DNA from: Octopus bimaculoides
Lineage: Eukaryota
DNA length: 39,511 nt
Assembly: GCF_001194135.2 (NCBI RefSeq)
Contig: NC_069010.1
Span: forward strand, 942,264 to 981,774
Reading direction: 5' to 3'
Of the stretch, positions 1-10,049 are shown piece by piece. Within the stretch, counting starts at the first letter, position 1; each line of letters begins with the position of its first letter. The position numbers and the translations under genes are program-made. The notes under the pieces are model-generated. The model was given only the letters and a program-made list of their open reading frames with translations. It was not told the origin of the DNA and did no database searches.

Positions 1-34
<34 letters not shown>

Positions 35-100
35 ATTATATTGTATTATATGTATTATATGTATTATATGTATATATATATATATATTGTATTATATTAT
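1..100. repeat. (TA)n / (TATTG)-interrupted microsatellite
   Basis: Direct reading. Confidence 0.95.
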
Positions 101-690
101 TGTGCCTCCTCGACACTGTTATGTCCTTCTTTGAACTCACTGCATATGCCACTTGATAACGTGGGCTTATAACAAGGTTATAACAATACAAATATCAATC
201 ACAAGCAACACATAACAAACAATATCTCTTCTCAACGACTTCAACCATCTTCACAAAGTGTCTGCACACACCACACTGTTCCTCACTGACAGTGGGCATG
301 CGCCTTTATATGGTCTTTGACAATTGACTTGCTATTCCACAGCGGGGTCAGGATTTCCCCACAACATCTCCCCCTTTTGAGTTTGACTTTTGTTGGAAAT
401 CAATATTTTCCTTTTATTTATTATCCTTATTACCACTCCTCTCCCTACCTCTCTTTTCAATTCCCCAGGAAGAAATTGGAATATTTCTTTCGTTTTGGGT
501 CTACTTGCAAATGTTTTGTTTGCTTTCTTATCCTAGTTGATGTACTCGTTGGTTCCATGATTCCTTGAGGTATTGAAATGTCAAAAATGTCATAAAGAAA
601 TTCCAGCGGCTCTTCATGTCTTATTCTTTCTTCCGTAAGCCATTTTTTCATTGGTTTAGGCGTTTCTTGTGTCCCCTCGTATGACCTTTT
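101..690 (-). mobile_element. 3' end of a Gypsy-type LTR retrotransposon: integrase tail, PPT and ~266 bp LTR
   Basis: On the minus strand: TRIRKQTKHLQVDPKRKKY tail typical of integrase C-termini, then polypurine tract AAAAGGGGGAGA (367-378) directly before TGTTG (366). The LTR ends ...GCACA at 101 next to a (TA)n tract and has an internal TATAAA-like box near 305-311. Confidence 0.7.
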
Positions 691-1105
691 AACATGTATG
701 CTATTTTTCCTAAACGTTTACTTATTATACCTTCTTCCCAATATTCCTTTCCGTTTCTGTATATTAAAAAAAAACCCTTTAGTGCTGATGATTGAAATCT
801 TTTGGTCAGATCCAAACATATGTAGGATTCTTTTATGTTTAATTCTTTTGTTGATTCCCTTCCTTTACATTCTGGATTTTATATGTATTACATTTTTCAT
901 TGGGATACAAATAAAATTAACCATGTATACACAATATTTCTTCTCTATTTTATCTAAATTAATTATTGTTTAACCATCTTTTCACACCGTCTCCTGGAAA
1001 CAGCCGTAAGACCTTCTATTTATAAATGTTCTAAAATCTTCACAGCCTAGGTTTTTTTAATGTCATTCTGAAAAAAAAAATTATATATACACATGCTGAT
1101 ATCTA

Positions 1106-1131
1106 TCTATATATATAAAAATGAGAATGTG

Positions 1132-1174
<43 letters not shown>

Positions 1175-2664
1175 GTGAATCCCTAAAACTCGAGAACTAC
1201 GCAACCAATTTCATTCAAATTTTACACATGCCTTACTTAGGGTTCCAGTTGTGTTTTAGTCAAAAAATATTATTAACTTCTTGCAGAGTTCGAGCACACG
1301 GCAACATAATATCTCCTCCACTATTTAAGTATNNNNNNNNNNNNNNNNNNNNNNNNNNNNNNNNNNNNNNNNNNNNNNNNNNNNNNNNNNNNNNNNNNNN
1401 NNNNNNNNNNNNNNNNNNNNNNNNNNNNNNNNNNNNNNNNNNNNNNNNNNNNNNNNNNNNNNNNNNNNNNNNNNNNNNNNNNNNNNNNNNNNNNNNNNNN
1501 NNNNNNNNNNNNNNNNNNNNNNNNNNNNNNNNNNNNNNNNNNNNNNNNNNNNNNNNNNNNNNNNNNNNNNNNNNNNNNNNNNNNNNNNNNNNNNNNNNNN
1601 NNNNNNNNNNNNNNNNNNNNNNNNNNNNNNNNNNNNNNNNNNNNNNNNNNNNNNNNNNNNNNNNNNNNNNNNNNNNNNNNNNNNNNNNNNNNNNNNNNNN
1701 NNNNNNNNNNNNNNNNNNNNNNNNNNNNNNNNNNNNNNNNNNNNNNNNNNNNNNNNNNNNNNNNNNNNNNNNNNNNNNNNNNNNNNNNNNNNNNNNNNNN
1801 NNNNNNNNNNNNNNNNNNNNNNNNNNNNNNNNNNNNNNNNNNNNNNNNNNNNNNNNNNNNNNNNNNNNNNNNNNNNNNNNNNNNNNNNNNNNNNNNNNNN
1901 NNNNNNNNNNNNNNNNNNNNNNNNNNNNNNNNNNNNNNNNNNNNNNNNNNNNNNNNNNNNNNNNNNNNNNNNNNNNNNNNNNNNNNNNNNNNNNNNNNNN
2001 NNNNNNNNNNNNNNNNNNNNNNNNNNNNNNNNNNNNNNNNNNNNNNNNNNNNNNNNNNNNNNNNNNNNNNNNNNNNNNNNNNNNNNNNNNNNNNNNNNNN
2101 NNNNNNNNNNNNNNNNNNNNNNNNNNNNNNNNNNNNNNNNNNNNNNNNNNNNNNNNNNNNNNNNNNNNNNNNNNNNNNNNNNNNNNNNNNNNNNNNNNNN
2201 NNNNNNNNNNNNNNNNNNNNNNNNNNNNNNNNNNNNNNNNNNNNNNNNNNNNNNNNNNNNNNNNNNNNNNNNNNNNNNAAACAAATATCAGGGTCAAACA
2301 CTGTCTGTAGCTGGTCTTCTCTTGGAAGAGCCCTGCTTCTCACATGGACAACTGTATGTTGGCTGCTCAAGAGTGGGCAGCAACAAAAAAACCTATTTGT
2401 ATATGCTCCACAAGGGAAAACAAGGAACATAGTTTACAATGAGGTGTTATAATCACAACAGCAAGAAAGTATGTACATGATCACCTTCTTTTACGAAACT
2501 TCATTGACTTTCATATATTTATATTGATATACATATATATATACGTGTGTTTGGATGCGTGTGTGTATTTACATCTCTATATATAAAGATGATGCGTAGT
2601 CTAGACGGCGTTTTTAGATTTCATTATTCTCTTTAACCCGGGCAACGCCGGTTATTTCTGCTAG
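1106..2664 (+). mobile_element. Non-autonomous Helitron (spans an N gap) carrying the Pif1-like helicase C-terminus
   Basis: 5' a|TCTATATATATAAAAATG followed by (CTGT)n. 2280-2452 translates NKYQGQTLSVAGLLLEEPCFSHGQLYVGCSRVGS, then a frameshift, then NLFVYAPQGKTRNIVYNEVL*. 3' hairpin CCCGGGCAACGCCGG (2637-2651) and terminal CTAG|t at 2664. Continuity across the gap is assumed. Confidence 0.85.
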
Positions 2665-2791
2665 TATGACATACGTTGGACTCCTTATTCACACAATCAC
2701 CAAACCTGGAGCTTAACTATGGTCTGTCCATAGCAATTACTCAGCATTACCTGACACCATTGGGTCTTACTGACACCATTATCCCTCATAA

Positions 2792-2851
2792 CCTCTCTCT
2801 CTCTCTCAATATATATATAAATATATATATATGTATGTATGTGTGTATGTA

Positions 2852-2898
<47 letters not shown>
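2792..2898. repeat. Compound (CT)n-(AT)n-(GT)n microsatellite ~310 bp upstream of the GCLC-like ATG
   Basis: Direct reading. Confidence 0.95.
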
Positions 2899-2901
<3 letters not shown>

Positions 2902-3205
2902 TGTGTACGATGAATTTCTTTCAGTTTCATTCAATCAAATCCATTCAAAAAGCTTTGGTCGCTCCAGAGCTATTGTAGAAGACATTTGCCTGCTTTAAAT
3001 AAGCTGGAAGAAAACCAATAAATTGTACTTTTGTGACATGTTGAATAATTTAAGCTATGTCTGCTAATATATTTACATTGTATCAAAACGTTTTGCACGT
3101 TAAAGCTTCACATTGTCTTTTATTTCTATTTGCAGTTCTTACTGAACAGAGAGGGTCTATCAAAGTAAGACTGGTCTAAAAAATTGTTTGTCAATCAGAT
3201 TTAAA

Positions 3206-3355
3206 ATGGTTTTCCTTACTGACGGGACCCTAATGACATGGGAGGAGATTAAACACTATATTCCACATGTCAAGAATCAAGCAAGAATGCAGTTTGTTCA
3301 TCAGTATAAGAAATATAAGGACCTGAAGAACTATCCATTTTATTGGGGCGATGAG
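3206..3355 (+). CDS. GCLC: GCLC-like gene, coding exon 1 (MVFLTDGTLMTWEEIKHYIPHVKNQARMQFVHQYKKYKDLKNYPFYWGDE)
   Basis: ATG at 3206 (aaaATGG context), 150 nt, ends GAG|gtatga in phase 0. Hand alignment to human GCLC residues 1-50 (recalled) gives 19/50 identities with no gaps, including the WGDE signature. Likely splice acceptor ttgcag| at 3135 upstream in the UTR. Confidence 0.93.
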
Positions 3356-3574
3356 GTATGAATAAGTTACTACAGTAATTTACGCATGAGAGAGGACGAG
3401 AGGGAATGAGAGAGAGAGAAAGCGAGAGAGAGAGTGTGACAGAGACAGAGAAAGTGACTCAGACACAGAGAAAGAAAGAGGACTTGTTGATTTTAAATAA
3501 ATTCACCACCTCATATTCTCTTAGAGAACCATTAGTCATCTCTTTCTGCCATTATAACTGTAATGTCATTCATG

Positions 3575-3908
3575 TGTAACTAATTGGCACTCTGCCGGTT
3601 ATGACGACAAGGGTTCCAGTTGATCCGATCAAAGGAACAGCCTGCTCATGAACTTAATGTGCAAGGGGGTGAGCATTCCACAGCCATGCGTACCATTAAT
3701 GTAGATCTCAGGGAGCTTCAACACGACACAGAATGTGACAAAGCTGGCCCCTTTGAAATACAGGTATTAATTATTTATGCCAGCTGAGTGGACTGGAGCA
3801 ACGTTAAATAAAATGTCTTGCTCGAGGACACAACACATTGATGGGAATTGAATTCATGACTTTATAATCATGAATCGAATACCCTAACCACTAAGCCATG
3901 TACCTTCT
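3575..3908 (-). mobile_element. tRNA-derived SINE, family A (CORE/Meta-like central GTGTCCTTGAGCAAGACA motif)
   Basis: Diverged reverse complement of the copies at 24651-24970 and 38418-38727; tRNA-like head with A/B-box remnants. Confidence 0.75.
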
Positions 3909-3944
3909 CTCGTTCATGTGTTACAACAAGGTTTTTCCATTTCC

Positions 3945-4470
3945 CAGTCCACATGGAATGCTCCCTCCCAATTTCTCAACTTTCCACAGTAGTTGCTCTA
4001 GAGTCTTTACTCACAGAAAGAATGAGATGGAACAACCTTGACAGACCCAGCGATTGAGACTGAATGGTTCTGAAAGCTGACCATTCATGCAAACCACTGA
4101 GCGGGCGTTGCTGTGCAATGCGATAATCCAATCGCGGAGGATGGGAGCAAAACTGTCCGCCATGAGAACAGCCGCAAATCAATGGTAGTTGACTCTATCA
4201 GANNNNNNNNNNTGCATAAGGTGGAGTTGTCTATTTGGAATGGTGCATGTTTGCACATCGCCAATCAAGCCATCGACAACAAGTGCAAAGCTCTTTGCTA
4301 AAACTTTGAAATCTGCTTTTTAGCAGGTTTATGAACCTAAAATTATCTATGTGACCCTTTCCACATCCTTGTTTGGGTCGTTTCTCAGCAGTGCCACCAC
4401 TTCTCGACTCAGCAAACTAGGAATTCTTCCCATTTGCAACCAGTTGCCAATAAGAGTATAACCAGCAGCT
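3945..4470 (-). mobile_element. L1/Tx1-clade LINE reverse transcriptase relic
   Basis: Minus-strand translation with stops and frameshifts: GRIPSLLSREVVALLRNDPNK..IDNFRFINLL.ADFKVLAK..DRVNYH..ILRDWIIALHSNARSVVCMNGQLSEPFSLNRWVCQGC. Confidence 0.8.
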
Positions 4471-4659
4471 GTGGAAACTGCTGTAGCAACAACAGCAACA
4501 ACAGTGATCGCTGCGCCTACAATAACAACAGCAGCATGAAAGCTATCCCTGAAAGCTTAAGCAGAGATGACGAATGCATACATCACTCTTGTCATATGCT
4601 ACTGCTTTGCAGTCATAACTTGCTCTGGTCCATGTCAAACCAGACAAGAGCACCCCATA

Positions 4660-7118
4660 CAGTGCTCCCGCTTTATAAGGCATCGCACTATACCGCGTCT
4701 CCGCATAAAACACGGACGGTTTGATGGATCCCAAATATTTTGAAGTAGAATTTCCCTCATTATTGCTCACAACTTGCAAAAACCTTGATTAAAAGCAGAA
4801 TTTCAGCAAACTTCAATGGAATAAATACCTTAATCAACAGCTTGAAAATATTGCAATTGGTTACCATATAATTGGGTGCTAATTACAATGTTTTGTGTGC
4901 ATAATGTTTTGATTTTGTGATGAAAAAGAATCACCTTTTTGACTGGTGAGAGCTTTTGACAGTTTTTTTCCCACGATTTGATTGGATTGTTTAAAGAAGC
5001 TTAAAGGGTTCAAATGAGTAAAACAAATGAATATTTAAAGGAAGTAATTAACACCCTGGAGGTACGATTTATATAAAAGGGCGACCATATTCCACTTCAT
5101 TTATTACAATTTCAAGCTATCTTGCAGATATTTAAAAAAATTACCGTATGAATACACAATGTCTGAGAGGAAATCCTATTCTGTAAAGGAAAGGTGAAAT
5201 CTGGTTGACCACATACTAAATGGCAAGATCAAAGCCAAATTATTGAGAGAGAATGGTTGGGTTAAGGATGAGGCTAACCCCAGGAGTTATTTAAATACAG
5301 TTGTGGACAGTGAGGGCCTAGCTTGGAAGAAAGCCAGGACTGCCACTGACAGTGAACTTGAGAAAGCAGTTTTCACCTGATTTGTCCAGGAGCAGAGTGG
5401 CGGCACCCGACTATCAGGCGCCAGGCAGAGAAATTTCATAACCAGCTGCATCCAGAGCGAAACCTGGCCAGTAGACTTTTCTAGCCAGCACAGGGTGATC
5501 GTAGAAATTCCAGAAGCACCATGGTACAGGTGCTGTCAAGGTCAGTGGGCAGTAGAGATCAGCAGACAGCCAAGCTGTAGATGACTTCCCAGCCACTCTG
5601 AAGCAACATATGGAAGCAAAGTCCCTCACCCCAGAACAACTGTACAATGCAGATGAGTCTGGCCTCTACTGGAAAATACTGCCAAATAACACTAGCAGTA
5701 ACAACAGATGCCCATAAGACCTTGAGCTACAAACAAGCAATGAACACCATCCTCTTTGCCTGCAATGGGACAAGCACCCACACGCTTAAACCCCTGGTGG
5801 TGGGCAAGTTTCGATCACTCAGGTGCTTCCACCATGAAAACATGAACAATCTACCAGTGTTTTACAAACACTCAGCCAGATCATGGATGACAGCCAACAT
5901 ATTTGAAGAATGGTTCTTCATTTGTCCCTAGTGTTAGGTGTCACCTTAGGAGTCTCAACCTACCAGAGAAAGCTATCATCCTGCTAGATAACTGCTCCGT
6001 CCACCCACAGGGAGACATCATACAGACTAGAGATGGCCAGATCAAGGTCCTCTATTTGCCCAAGAACACAACCAGCAAAATACAGCCCTGTGATACTGGC
6101 ATCATTCAAGCCTTCAAAACCACCAACAAGAAGGAGCTCATCCTGGAAATGATAGAATTTCCGCTTAGTGTTCCAGACTATCTGGAGCACCTTACCATCA
6201 AGGATGCCAGTTAATGTCAGGCAGAGCCTGGGCTGCAGTGTCAACCAAGACGATAGCCAACTGCTGGAACAAGGTCCTTGGTGCAGCCTTCCCACAGCCC
6301 CAACAGCCAGAGCTGGAGCCAGAAAAAGAGGAATTCATGGGATTCACTGAGGAGGAGTCCAGGGCAGCAGAACAGAGTCTAGAGGATCACGTAGAAAAGA
6401 CAATGACCCTGCAAGATTGGCTTAACAGGTGGAAGGAACAGAGACACTGACAGACACCCAGATTGTGGAGCAGATTAAGAAGGAGCCAGAAGATGACACA
6501 GAGGAAGTGGAGACACCAGCCCCAGCCAAGACACAGACAAGGGTTGTCTCACACCTCAAGTGACTTATAGAATACACTGAATGTGAAAACTATGACCCAG
6601 TCTACACCAAGCACTTGAAGAAGCTGCTCAAGCATACACAGATTAAGATGAGGAAGCTGACAGACTTTTTTATGTGATTGAATAAAAAAACAATCAAATG
6701 TGAACTTTCATATTATGTAACTTTGTAAATTAAACATACTTTTAAGGGCTTTCAGATCATTCACTTAGTGACATGACATCAGAAATGCAATGGAAAAGCA
6801 TTTCATAAGTATTTCTTGAAAATTATTCTAGAGTCAACAGGAAACACTTACGGAAGTAAACAATGTAAATATTTTTTAAAGGTTGTTGTAAGTGCTGTAA
6901 TTCATGATATTTTGTAAGTAATTTATTGGTATTGTATAATAAATGTTAAACTTGATTGAATATATATTTGTTTCGTTTGTGCACTTTACTAATCAAACCA
7001 AATGTCTCATTTTCTTCTATTATCACTCTCCCACACCTTTCCCGTGAATCTGCGGCCCGGATAGAGCGTGGTCGGTTTTCTTGGACCCCATCACCTGCGT
7101 TATAGAGAGGGAGCACTA
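4660..7118 (+). mobile_element. Full-length Tigger/pogo (Tc1-mariner superfamily) DNA transposon, decayed
   Basis: TA|CAGTGCTCCCGCTTTATAAGGC ... GCGTTATAGAGAGGGAGCACTA|TA: 22-bp TIRs with 18/22 matches, TA target duplication, ~2.46 kb long. Confidence 0.9.
5159..6677 (+). pseudogene. Tigger/CENP-B-like DDE_1 transposase pseudogene
   Basis: MSERKSYSVKER* HTH start, YNADESGLYWK, IILLDNCSVHP, YLPKNTTSKIQPCDTGIIQAFK, acidic tail, ends RKLTDFFM* followed by AATAAA; multiple stops and frameshifts. Confidence 0.88.
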
Positions 7119-7619
7119 TATTATACTTTCTGTGGAAGGGACGTGTTCCATTGATTTGGATCCCTATTTGTTGTCAACACTTACTAAGTTGAGGACTGAG
7201 TATGCTGTGGTTGATGGTGCATAGACATGCTCTGATTCTGTGACATCTCCAGCATTTCCTTGATGGCCAGCGGATGCGGCCCCTTGTCTATACGCAGCTA
7301 GTGCCTTTTGCTGAGCTGCTGCAGTGCCTGATCAAGCGTAGATGGAGACAGGGTTTATGGAGTGACTACAGGCTGAGGGAATAGAACTGGGAGAAACACT
7401 TACCTAAGTGGTCAGGGTGACCGTGGTTTTCTGCAATTTCCACAAACAGTCCTTGTAAATCTACTGCTTTGGGAATTTTTTCTTGATTCAACTTTTTGGC
7501 TTCGTTGTTTATCGTTATTTTCCTGTTTTCGTACCTACAAGATGCCTTACATCATAACATATTATATTCTGTCATCTTGTACCAATCTCGCAGGTTAATA
7601 AAGAAATCAGCAGCAGCAG

Positions 7620-7910
7620 CATCATTACTATCGTCATTTTTATTATTTCTCTTTATCACAGGTTTTGTTGGAGCACCTGGATTCTTGCATGCATTGTGTG
7701 GCTTACTATCTGCAGCCTACGGTACCATGCTATTCATTCCTTTCAGCTATCTAATACTTTCCTGATTATTCTGGCCATGCCAAGGAGGTAAACCTTTTGT
7801 AACAGTTCTACTGGGCACTCTGCTCCAATTTCCTTAATATTTCCCTTGGTGCCTACTGCTACTGTTCCGAAGAACCCAACAATAATTGGCCCTATCTTCA
7901 ACTTCATTTT
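7620..7910 (-). mobile_element. 3' end of an R4/Dong-like (RLE) non-LTR retrotransposon
   Basis: Minus strand: PIIVGFFGTVAVGTKGNIKEIGAECPVELLQKVYLLGMARIIRKVLDS*, followed by a short 3' UTR ending in an AAT-rich tail. Confidence 0.75.
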
Positions 7911-10030
7911 CCATAGCCGGGCTATTTTGTACTTAAGAGGATTGTATCTATTTATCTTTTCGCCTTCCTTCTTGACTGTTCGTGGGTCAAAGGGGCATGC
8001 AACGTCAACTATATAAGAGCTCCCTCAATTACTGGTATTATAACTGTCTTGAGAGTTTGAGGAAGAGAAGCAGTTTGGTGAATAGACCAAATTCTACAGA
8101 ACGATTTTTATCACCCAATAGGTTCCGTGTTTTAAGTGAAGATTTCAAGCAAAGCCCAAAAAGTAGTCAGGAAGCTAATGGAAGTAAGATTCTGAAAACC
8201 GCCTGCCTAAGAAAATCCATCACACTAGAGAATAAGTCGGTCATAAATTTATCTAAACTAAAACTTTCACCCGACGATGTCTCTGTCTTGGAGTTTGAAC
8301 TGAGTTTCTGCCCAAGCAATAAGAATTTCTACCATAATAAAATAGCTCAAGGGCTATTTCAGTTTGTCTGCCGTCACGAGCTGAAGGAATATATTTTTGG
8401 AAAAAATCGTAATAAGGTGTCAGAAAACCCTATGCTTGCTGAAAATAAAAAGTGATGATAATCGAATCTGGCATAATTGGATTGAAAATAACACCAATTG
8501 GTATCCAGATGAAGTTCGGGCACTACAGGCACTACAGGAATTTCTTGAATCTCGTGAGACAGGCATTAAGGAAAGCTTTAAAACATGTGGAAAGAAGTCC
8601 TGGAATAACCTCACAAGTTCCCAACATTACGCACTCCGCCGTCATGCTAATAATGATTCTATTGTTATTAAAATGGCAAATAAGGGAGGCGCTATTGTAA
8701 TTATGGACAACAGTGAGTATATCTCGGCTTGTGAAGAAGTTTTAAGTGACAAAACTTCATATGAAGAATTACCTATCGATCCAAACCCCGATCACACACA
8801 CGAACATAACAAAATAATTCTGAAAATGGAGGAAAACAATTTCATTAATAAGGCCGAATCCAGGATTTTATGGTCAGAAAGAATATCTGTATTTTATGGT
8901 CTCCCTAAGATACAGAAAAAGTTCGAAAGATTTCCTCCAATTTGCCCAATTTGCAACGGATATGAATATTGTACAGCCAAAATTTCGGAGTGGCTGGATA
9001 GCTTTCTTCTCCCTGTCACAAAAAGATCAAGTTCCAATATTCGAGATACTCTGATTTTGTGTCTAAAATCAACTGTTTCTTAGTAACCATAGACATTTCT
9101 TCCTTATATCCCAATATTGACCACGATGAAGGGGTAGAAGCATTCATGAATGCCTTCGAAAAACGGTCAAACAACAGTATTCCATCTAATTTTCTCTGTA
9201 GGCTATTGATGTTTGTGTTACAAAGTTGCACAATGAAGTTTGGACAGAAAATTTACCACCACACCGCCATGGCAATTAATTTCACTAATATCTTCATGTC
9301 AAAATTCGAGACACAGTTACTGAAGGCATTCAAAAATTCATGGTCATGAACCAATACTCTGGTTATGGTTCATTGACGACGTATTTTTTGTCTGGGAAGG
9401 ATCACAGGATAGTTTAACTGATTTCTTGCATTTCTGCGACTGCTATCTATGTCCTTAAGTCCAACATAAAATTTACGTCTAGTTCTTCAAAAAGTAGCGT
9501 TGAATTTTTAGGACACAAAAGCTAAGCTTTCTGGTGGCAGAATAGTGACATAATCATGTTGCAAGTCCACGTAATACCACATTTACCTCATATCATATAA
9601 ATCGGTCAAATCCAAAATCCCAATTTTTGAGGATAAAACGGAAACATGAAAATACTTTTGTATACCATTATGTCAAACGGAGTTACAGTGAATCATGATT
9701 AAAGGAAATAGCAAATGACATAATTAAGTTTAGCAAAGAAAGTCAAACTTTCACGCATAATTTTAGCTAACAAACTACAATATCTGACAGAGTACCTTTA
9801 GTGATTAACTGGCACTGAAATTTCGCTGGCATTTCAAAAGTGTTACATGACAGTTACCAGCACGTTGTGGAAAAACATCCTTGCTTCAATCAAATATTCC
9901 CTCAGCCGCTTATTGTAGCCTTTAGATGGAAGAAAAGTATAAGAGAATTATTAACCTCTACTTCTGACTCCAAGAAAGGTGTCCAATCAAATAGAACAAA
10001 GTATATATGTACAATGATACAGAAAGCAAG
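7910..10030 (+). mobile_element. Penelope-like element (RT region), decayed, no GIY-YIG endonuclease visible
   Basis: VINLSKLKLS..LSFCPS, IVIKMANKGGAIVIMD, FYGLPKIQK, LVTIDISSLYPNI, WFIDDVFFVW (~9361-9395), RVPLV, IFPQPLIVAFRWKKSIRELL, spread over several frames. Confidence 0.88.
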
Positions 10031-10049
10031 AAAATGTGAATGCGGTGTC

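Noticed and set aside
3136-3164. 29-nt microexon reading FLLNREGLSK (Sec7-like look)
   Set aside because: It lies upstream of a well-supported GCLC ATG, and the resemblance is too short to support.
4480-7420. Possible Tx1 ORF1 relic split by the Tigger (PAAVETAVATT.. / IILSVEG)
   Set aside because: Similarity too weak to call without a search.
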